Shown here piece by piece: positions 58,084 to 64,000 of a DNA stretch of 64,000 nt (position 1 is the stretch's first letter; every line of letters starts with the position of its first letter). The stretch covers positions 256,102 through 320,101 of the forward strand of contig JAZJZX010000002.1 in NCBI GenBank assembly GCA_040389445.1. The letters run 5' to 3'. The notes under the pieces were generated by a model that made no database searches, was not told where the DNA came from, and saw nothing but the letters and a program-made list of their open reading frames with translations. The position numbers and the translations under genes were made by a program. Origin of the DNA: Chloroflexota bacterium. Lineage in GTDB: Bacteria > Chloroflexota > Limnocylindria > Limnocylindrales > CSP1-4.

Positions 58084-58748
58084 CGACGACCGGAGATGAC
58101 GCTGTCATTCTCGAGACCGAATGGCAGTCGATCATCGCGACCGAGTGGGTCCTCGCTCTCGGACCGCACCTTGAATTTCTGCTGAGACCCGCGGGGCCGT
58201 GGGCACCAATCGACGGACCCAAAGGCGGATGGGAGAACGCGCATTCCATGGCCGTCATCGCGATGGGCACGTTCGCGATCGAGTCCTTCGTTGGGAGGGT
58301 CGCCGAACCCAACGAAGACGCGCTCCGAGCGCTGATCCGCATCGCAACGAGTGCCGGTCGCCCTCCGCCAGATCACATTCGGGAAGTGTTCGTCCTTCGC
58401 GACGTCCTCGTCCACGGGCACGTCTGGCAGATCAGTGACGAGGTAACCCTCACGGACGACAGCCATGCGATCCGCACGATCTCCCGCGAGTTGTCGCGCG
58501 GCCGCAAGGACAAGAAGTACCTTGAGACGGTCGACCCAGACCTGGGGCTCACGAAGCCGCGGGGACTCCACGTCATCCCCAGCTACATCGGGCGTCGTGA
58601 GGCTGCCGCCGTCCTCAACACCAACCTGCGACTCGCTGACATGCTGGCGAACATGAGAAGCATTGGTGACACGTGGCTACGTGTGGGCGACTCCATCGCC
58701 ATCCTTCGATCGCTCAGCGAGAATCTCGATTCCGCTGCCCAGACATAA
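58080..58748 (+). CDS. hypothetical protein (about 222 aa)
   Basis: GTGA overlap with the previous ORF. The track ORF 57918-58748 extends it upstream in the same frame, but that part overlaps the preceding gene. Confidence 0.45.
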   Translation: MTTTGDDAVILETEWQSIIATEWVLALGPHLEFLLRPAGPWAPIDGPKGGWENAHSMAVIAMGTFAIESFVGRVAEPNEDALRALIRIATSAGRPPPDHIREVFVLRDVLVHGHVWQISDEVTLTDDSHAIRTISRELSRGRKDKKYLETVDPDLGLTKPRGLHVIPSYIGRREAAAVLNTNLRLADMLANMRSIGDTWLRVGDSIAILRSLSENLDSAAQT

Positions 58749-58861
58749 CTTACCTTATCGGAAGTACCCGAAACGGGGTTCGATGGAACTTCGCGCGACC
58801 CGCGAGCGTATGGTTCTTGCAGGAGACATCGATCAGCGGACGAGCAAGCTGTGAGGACCCG

Positions 58862-59953
58862 ATGGCATATCGGCATCGGAATTCGGTACGGGTGCGGCTC
58901 CTGGTCGGCGCAATTGTTGTTTCGGCCTGTTCCGGCGCTCCTGCGCCTCCAGGAACGGATGCAGTCAGTCCGTCACCTGGCGTCTCGTCCCTGGAAGGCA
59001 CACCACCGAGCAGCCCGGGCGACTGTCCGAACTTCGTCGAGGTCGTGGAGACCGGCCCGGATCCGACCGATTTCTCGGAAACGGGGCCGCTCGCCCGGGA
59101 TCAGGGGCGCCTCCAGGGCGACGCGGAGACGGCGCAGAGTTACGGCAGCGCCCATCCCGACGAGTTCACGGCGGTCCGGTTCGAGAATTCGCCATGGGTC
59201 CGTCTCGTCATCGGCTTCACCGCCCGCATCGAGGAGCATTGCGCGGCCCTGCGGGCGATCCTAGAGTTCCCGGACGAGTTCCAGATCGTTCTCCAGCCCA
59301 GGACGGCCTCGCAGCTCGAGGAGATCCAGCGTGCGATCGTGAGCCTCGCCGGTCAGCACCTGCGGGCCGTCGGGATCGGCGCAGAAACGATCGACGTCGC
59401 CCTTCGCGCGGATGGGCTCTCGGTCGCCGAGCAGATCGACGCGACCTATGGGGATATCGTGACGATCCGGGTCGGCTTCCTCCCGTATCCGAACCCGGAA
59501 TCGGGAGGCGTTGACTGCTCGGCCATCCTCAGGACCATCATCACGGACTCCCCGCTCCGGGCGACAGCTCGTCTCAATACCGCGCGGGTCGTGTCGGGCG
59601 CAGACTTCCAGGGAACCGTGACCGTCACGAATGCCGGTCCTGACTCGGTTGTCTTCGAATCGGGCGACCCGATGACCGCCCTTGTCTACCCGCGTGGATC
59701 GGACGAGATCGTTGGCGCCTACGAGGGCGGCATCGCCGGTGTTGGCACCGGGGCGACGCTCGTGCCCGGCGGGACCATCGACATCGGCGTGCTCGGCGGT
59801 ACGGCGAGCTGCGACCCCTCGCTCGGCTACGCGCTCCCGCCTGGCCGCTACGACGTTCGGGTCACAGTCGAGCAGTACGCCCACCCCAATCCGAACGGCG
59901 TGGTGATCACCTACCTTCTCTCCGATCCCGTTCCCCTGGAGATCACGCCATGA
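58862..59953 (+). CDS. putative secreted lipoprotein (signal peptide + lipobox VSAC)
   Basis: N-terminal MAYRHRNSVRVRLLVGAIVVSACSG; Pro/Ser-rich linker; beta-rich C-terminal part. Confidence 0.55.
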   Translation: MAYRHRNSVRVRLLVGAIVVSACSGAPAPPGTDAVSPSPGVSSLEGTPPSSPGDCPNFVEVVETGPDPTDFSETGPLARDQGRLQGDAETAQSYGSAHPDEFTAVRFENSPWVRLVIGFTARIEEHCAALRAILEFPDEFQIVLQPRTASQLEEIQRAIVSLAGQHLRAVGIGAETIDVALRADGLSVAEQIDATYGDIVTIRVGFLPYPNPESGGVDCSAILRTIITDSPLRATARLNTARVVSGADFQGTVTVTNAGPDSVVFESGDPMTALVYPRGSDEIVGAYEGGIAGVGTGATLVPGGTIDIGVLGGTASCDPSLGYALPPGRYDVRVTVEQYAHPNPNGVVITYLLSDPVPLEITP

Positions 59954-59987
59954 GGGCGACGACGCGGTCTACCCCCAGGCCCGGCGC

Positions 59988-60362
59988 CTAGGCGGGAAGG
60001 ACCTCGAGGTCATAGGCCCGGAACGCCGAGTCTCGGGTGACGACCACGGCATCGAGCCTCGTCGCTTGCGCAACCAGCATCCGATCGAACGGATCCCGGT
60101 GGTGCACCGGCAACCGAGCTGCGGCTGCGGCATCGGCACCCGACACGGGTAGACACGTAAAGCCCTCGGCGTCGATGATCTCGAGCAGGTCCGCCGGCGC
60201 GGTCAGCTTGCCCTGGGCTCGCTTGATCTCGAGCTCCCAGACGGTCGCTGCCGAGACGATGATGTCATTGGCCGGATCTGAGATGGCGGCACGTGCATCG
60301 GGTAGCAGCTCCTCGTCGCGGGCCCACCAGAGGAACGCGTGGGCGTCGAGCAGGAGGATCAC
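59988..60362 (-). CDS. vapC: PIN-domain toxin (VapC family)
   Basis: PIN acidic residues (LLDAHAFLWW ... VWELE ... D ... TRD); overlaps the upstream antitoxin by 4 nt. Confidence 0.8.
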   Translation of the reverse strand: MILLLDAHAFLWWARDEELLPDARAAISDPANDIIVSAATVWELEIKRAQGKLTAPADLLEIIDAEGFTCLPVSGADAAAAARLPVHHRDPFDRMLVAQATRLDAVVVTRDSAFRAYDLEVLPA

Positions 60363-60601
60363 GCGCTCGAGCCCTCGAATTCGGCGGTGATCTGCTCATC
60401 TGTTGCATCGAAGTCAGCGGCAATGGTGATCTGGTCCCGCCAGCGACCAGGAACGCGCGGCGTCGTCCGATCGCGATACGGCACGAGTCGCGCCACAGGA
60501 CGACCAGCCCGCGCGATCACGATGTCCTCCCCCGCCTCAACGCGCTCGACCAGACGGGAAAGGTGCGTCTTCGCTTCGTGAATGTTGACAGCGTTGCCCA
60601 T
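60359..60601 (-). CDS. Phd/YefM-type antitoxin
   Basis: MGNAVNIHEAKTHLSRLVERVEAGEDIVIARAGRPVARLVP, the classic Phd/YefM N-terminus; partner of the PIN toxin. Confidence 0.7.
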   Translation of the reverse strand: MGNAVNIHEAKTHLSRLVERVEAGEDIVIARAGRPVARLVPYRDRTTPRVPGRWRDQITIAADFDATDEQITAEFEGSSA

Positions 60602-60640
60602 GGGCCGGATCGTACAGTGGTGAGTCATGGTTAGTCAACA

Positions 60641-60853
60641 TTAGTCCTGGCGACGGATATCCAGCCGGGCACCCATTTCTCGGGCCGCATCGAAGTCCCG
60701 TCCCTGCTGGTTCACACTCGCCCCGAACCTACGCATGCAATCGAGTTTCACGGGATTCGCGTCTTCGTCGGCGAAGATCACCGCCGAGATCTCGTGTGCG
60801 CGCGCCGCGAATGCCACGCCGTGGCCGAAGTTGCCGTTTGATGCGGCCACCAT
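60641..60853 (-). pseudogene. fragment of a PLP-dependent threonine/serine dehydratase-like gene (roughly 70-aa internal piece only)
   Basis: MVAASNGNFGHGVAFAARAHEISAVIFADEDANPVKLDCMRRFGASV matches the conserved Gly-rich PLP-binding stretch of fold-type II dehydratases. No N-terminal Lys motif and no C-terminal half; abuts the Phd/PIN module. Confidence 0.4.
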
Positions 60854-60920
60854 CGGCCGGCTCGGGCCGATGGTCCCCTCCCCTGCCAGGCCCTCGACCG
60901 CCAACCAGGTGCCCCGTGTC

Positions 60921-61100
60921 ACTGGGGACAGCAAAACGCCCGAAGGAACCGCCGCTCGATCTGCGTCCCTTCCGCCACCAGAGCAAGCTCCGGGGCGGGA
61001 CCTGTGCAAGCACCGGTCGGTCCGCTGATCGTTTGGGGCCCCTTCGGGCAAGATCTACAGTACCGTCGCCGGCCCGCGACCGGAAGGGGCGTTATCCACG
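60921..61100 (-). repeat. copy A of a paralogous ~180-nt leader element (sense on minus strand) upstream of the PLP-enzyme fragment
   Basis: Shares blocks with 61741-61930: aaaacgcccg(a/g)ag(g/a)aaccgc, tgcaagcacc, cgggcaaga(t/c)(c/g)ta(c/a)(a/t)gtacc, ttatccacga ... cgtccac. On the minus strand it ends with a hairpin plus GGGCGUUUUG. Confidence 0.4.
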
Positions 61101-61242
61101 AGATCTCGCGAAATACGGGCAAAACGCCGATCTCGTCCACATCGAATCCACGGGCCTGGAGTCGCCCGAAGCACCTGGCTCGCCGACCTGCCGATGGCGG
61201 CCGGAGGCGATCCCACGGTCCCTGCGGTCCGCACCAGAACCG

Positions 61243-61641
61243 TCACCGGCTCTCCGGATCGGGATCGGGGCCGTCGACGTTGACGTTCTGCGGGCCGGTC
61301 CCAACCCGAACGACGAACATCTCCGCGGGCTCATCGGCCGCGGTGATCTCGCGATGGACCACTCGGGCCGGGTTGAAGATGAAATCCCCGGCCACTGCCG
61401 TCATCTGCCCGCGCCCGCCGGGGCCGTAGTCGATGGTCACCTGGCCGCGGAGAACGTAGATGTAGGAGTCGCGCGCTCCATGGTGGTGCCAACCGCCGGC
61501 GAGCCCGGCGGCCGTCCGCACCCAGCCGACCCAGCGATCCTCATGGTCCAGGAGTTGCCGGCGGTCCATGCCGGGCGTTGGTGGTCCGGGTGGAATGGCC
61601 CCCTCATCGGACCGGACCAGGATTGGTCGAGCGTGCTCCAT
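61243..61641 (-). CDS. cupin-domain protein (132 aa)
   Basis: Two-motif cupin pattern (GGWHHHGARDSYIYVLRGQVTIDYG ... AGDFIFNPARVVH). Confidence 0.65.
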   Translation of the reverse strand: MEHARPILVRSDEGAIPPGPPTPGMDRRQLLDHEDRWVGWVRTAAGLAGGWHHHGARDSYIYVLRGQVTIDYGPGGRGQMTAVAGDFIFNPARVVHREITAADEPAEMFVVRVGTGPQNVNVDGPDPDPESR

Positions 61642-61740
61642 CGGTGCTCCCCTCCCAGGCTCAGGACGTGGTTCCATGAGATCGGACCGGAATCTGGCCG
61701 CCCCGGACGCTGAGGCTGAAGGCCGCGCAGCCTGCGGGCG

Positions 61741-61930
61741 GGCACACGAAAACGCCCGGAGAAACCGCTCCCCTTCCCGATCCATCCCGCCTGGTGCAAG
61801 CACCCTGCGTTCTGTGGTCACTGCAAGCACTGACCTGACCGTTCTGGTTCGTTGCCTCTCCGGGCAAGACGTAATGTACCCCGCCCCCGCTTGGCCCCGA
61901 TACCCACTTATCCACGACTTTCGCGGTTCG
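61741..61930 (-). repeat. copy B of the paralogous leader element, immediately upstream of the cupin gene
   Basis: See copy A. On the minus strand it ends ...GGAGCGGUUUCUCCGGGCGUUUUCG about 100 nt before the cupin start. Confidence 0.4.
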
Positions 61931-62087
61931 GTGACCGATTTTGAGGTCCCCGTCCACAGCCCGTCCACGCAGGGGCGCCCGAAAGGGGCAACGGGCGCCA
62001 GGCCCGGCCGACACGCCGTGGTGCGCGCTGCATGATGGCGAGGCCTCGTCTTGGGTGCGCTGCGTGCCGGCGAGGCCCCGCCGACGG

Positions 62088-63032
62088 TCAGCCCGCTCGG
62101 ATGACCCGCGGCGTGGTCGAGAGGGCCATCTTCTCCTCGAAGCGCTTCGCGGCCCGTTCGAGTCCTTCCAGGTGCGCCGCCAGGACCCGGCGGGCCTCCT
62201 CGGCGGCGGCATCGAGACCGCTGAGCTCAAAGACCTTCCAGTGGTTGAGAATCGGGATGAGCACCTCGTCCCGATGGATGCGGATGTCGTAGATGCCGGC
62301 CTTCGCGATCGCGGCTGCCTTCCGCAGGAATCCCGGGATGCCGTTGCCGGGCATCTGGAAGGCAAGAACCTCGGCCACGATCGCCTGGACCGCGCGCGAC
62401 GGCTGGATCTTCAGCGCGGCACCGAGGATGTCCCGGTAGAAGACCATGTGAAGGTTCTCGTCGGCGGCGATCCGGGTCATGATCCGATTCGCAACCGGAT
62501 CGTCGGAGTACTTCCCCGTGTTCTTGTGCGAGATCCGGGTCGCAAGCTCCTGGAAGGCCACGTAGGCAAGGCCCCGGAGCGTGTCGATGGTGTTTCGATC
62601 GTAGCCGTTCTGGAGCTGCGTCATCCGTCCTCGCTCGAGGGCGATCGGATCGAGATTGCGGGTGACCGTGAGGTAGTCGCGCAGGACGATCGCGTGACGA
62701 CCTTCTTCGGCGGTCCATCGGCCGATCCAGTTGATCCAGGCCCCGTCGCCGGCCCCGAACATCCCATGGATGAGCCGGTGGTAGGAGGGCAGGTTGTCCT
62801 CCGTCAGCAGGTTGACCTCGAAGGCCGTCTGGGCCACGCCGGTCAGGCGGGGTTGGTCGGGCGTCCAGGGATCCTTGTCGAAGTCGCGCCCGAGCCGGTA
62901 TGGGATGTAGTCGTGCGGAAACCATTCCTCGGCGACCCTGGCGTGGCGGTCGTAGAGGCGGGCTGCCTCGGGCTCAAGCTCGAACAGCAGGGCTCGATCG
63001 GCGTGCAAATCGCGTGCCGGCGTGTGGGTCAT
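62088..63032 (-). CDS. acyl-ACP desaturase (soluble di-iron, ferritin-like; DesA-type)
   Basis: Di-iron ligand motifs (EEGRH ... DENLH) and the overall acyl-ACP desaturase sequence; 314 aa. Confidence 0.85.
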   Translation of the reverse strand: MTHTPARDLHADRALLFELEPEAARLYDRHARVAEEWFPHDYIPYRLGRDFDKDPWTPDQPRLTGVAQTAFEVNLLTEDNLPSYHRLIHGMFGAGDGAWINWIGRWTAEEGRHAIVLRDYLTVTRNLDPIALERGRMTQLQNGYDRNTIDTLRGLAYVAFQELATRISHKNTGKYSDDPVANRIMTRIAADENLHMVFYRDILGAALKIQPSRAVQAIVAEVLAFQMPGNGIPGFLRKAAAIAKAGIYDIRIHRDEVLIPILNHWKVFELSGLDAAAEEARRVLAAHLEGLERAAKRFEEKMALSTTPRVIRAG

Positions 63033-63145
63033 GGGTGAGACTCCAGGGTCGAGGCCCCCGAAATGGGCGGCGTCACATCGACCTGCGTGCCTTCAGGGTA
63101 CCCGGGCTCGGGAATCCAGCCCGTGGAAAGCATGCGGCCCTGCAT

Positions 63146-63661
63146 CTACTCCTCGAGGGCCCACTCCTCCGACTCGCTCAGGATCGGCAGGCCGCGAGCA
63201 TCGGCGGCAGGTCCGACACTCCCCTCCCCGACCAGGACCTGCCTGGAGATTGGAAGGAAGTCGAGATCGACGACCACCACGTGGATCGACGATTGCCCTG
63301 GCGCCCGGACCCGCGCCGCGGCGATTTCCGGGATCGGGCTTCCGGCGACCCGCAACTCGTGGGCTGCACTCCAGGGAAGGGAGATCGGGCGGACCCCGCT
63401 GCGCGTCACGACGTTGCCCTCGACGCGCGTTCCGGCGGGTTCAGGGTGCAGCGTGAGCATGCCGCTGGGTCCCGTCAGCTCGAGACGGCTGAACCACCCT
63501 CGGGCATCGACTTCGAGGAGCAGGTCCAGGACGATCGTCTCCCCTTGATCGACGGTCAGCGAGCGCAGGCGGCGCCCGCTTCGGCCCTCGGCCACCGACC
63601 ACAAAAGCGTGGTTCCGTCCGGGAGGAGACCCCTGCCCGCGCGGCGGAGCCAGGCCCTCAC
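63146..63661 (-). CDS. hypothetical protein (171 aa)
   Basis: Intact ORF 4-nt-overlapping the upstream hflX-like gene; no recognisable motif. Confidence 0.4.
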   Translation of the reverse strand: MRAWLRRAGRGLLPDGTTLLWSVAEGRSGRRLRSLTVDQGETIVLDLLLEVDARGWFSRLELTGPSGMLTLHPEPAGTRVEGNVVTRSGVRPISLPWSAAHELRVAGSPIPEIAAARVRAPGQSSIHVVVVDLDFLPISRQVLVGEGSVGPAADARGLPILSESEEWALEE

Positions 63662-64000
63662 GTGGTGGCGGCGAGATCGGCGCCTTCGAGCGTATCCGTC
63701 CAGAGGGATGCCACCCGCTCGAGCTCGATCGCCAGGACGGGGGCCACGCGACCGGTGACCCGGACGTCTCGAGCCTGGTAATCGAGCTCGATGGTCCCCC
63801 GCTCCCGGATCCGGGCGAGCAGCTCACCGGCGGTGTACGGGACGTGGACGTCGATTTCCACCCAGAGCGAGGCGAGCAGGGCCGACAACGCCCCCTTGAG
63901 CGTCTCCATGCCGTACCCGGTGAGCGCGGAGACGAACACGGACGTGGCGATGGCCGGCGCCGGGGTATCGCCATCGCGTGCAGCCGGATCGAGGAGGTCG
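63658..64000 (-). CDS. hflX: GTPase HflX, C-terminal portion (gene continues beyond window end)
   Basis: C-terminal pattern FVSALTGYGMETLKGAL ... VHVPYTAGELLARIRERGTIELDYQARDVRVTG matches the HflX C-terminal domain. Confidence 0.55.
   Translation of the reverse strand, partial: DLLDPAARDGDTPAPAIATSVFVSALTGYGMETLKGALSALLASLWVEIDVHVPYTAGELLARIRERGTIELDYQARDVRVTGRVAPVLAIELERVASLWTDTLEGADLAATT

Noticed and set aside
1-64000. Search for tRNA/rRNA genes, CRISPR arrays, transposases/integrases
   Set aside because: No tRNA-like T-arm GGTTCGA-type signatures and no regularly spaced direct repeats with spacers. No IS or integrase-like ORF in any intergenic region or unassigned ORF I inspected. A manual scan cannot fully exclude small RNAs.

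Overview
High-GC (about 68-70%) bacterial chromosomal segment; gene content and synteny suggest an actinobacterial or Chloroflexi-like organism. RNase J, an F420-type LLM oxidoreductase and a DUF3037/HipA-like pair are all present. The first ~28 kb is a conserved, mostly co-directional core cluster for translation, RNA metabolism and the envelope: frr(partial)-uppS-cdsA-dxr-rseP-ispG-nusA-ylxR-infB-rbfA-nrnA-truB-ribF-rpsO-pnp-asd-udg-rnj-ftsK-rodZ-like-cinA-mur ligase-yajQ-TPP enzyme. From ~28 kb on, the window is accessory and stress-related. It holds a HipA-like kinase with DUF3037, OsmC, a BNR propeller with a MoaD-like protein, a MerB-like gene, a PaaK-like ligase, a GAF-PAS-EAL sensor, several small-fold enzymes, a VapBC pair and a truncated YafY-like regulator. 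A defense island at 50.9-60.6 kb carries a Type III-like R-M in res-before-mod order, interrupted by an antisense hicAB pair, followed by three translationally coupled unknown ORFs, a lipoprotein and a Phd/PIN pair. After the island come two paralogous ~180-nt leader elements, a cupin, an acyl-ACP desaturase and a partial hflX. No rRNA, tRNA, CRISPR, transposase or integrase genes were recognised. Three signals stand out. (1) The pnp gene encodes an 860-aa PNPase with a complete DEDDh (DnaQ-like) 3-prime-5-prime exonuclease domain inserted between its two RNase PH domains. (2) A MerB-like organomercurial lyase gene has an in-frame TGA at the position of the second catalytic Cys, followed by a small GU-loop hairpin; this is either a selenocysteine candidate or a nonsense pseudogene. 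(3) The non-canonical R-M island described above. Many long ORFs in the six-frame track are antisense or frame-shadow artefacts of the GC bias and were rejected.
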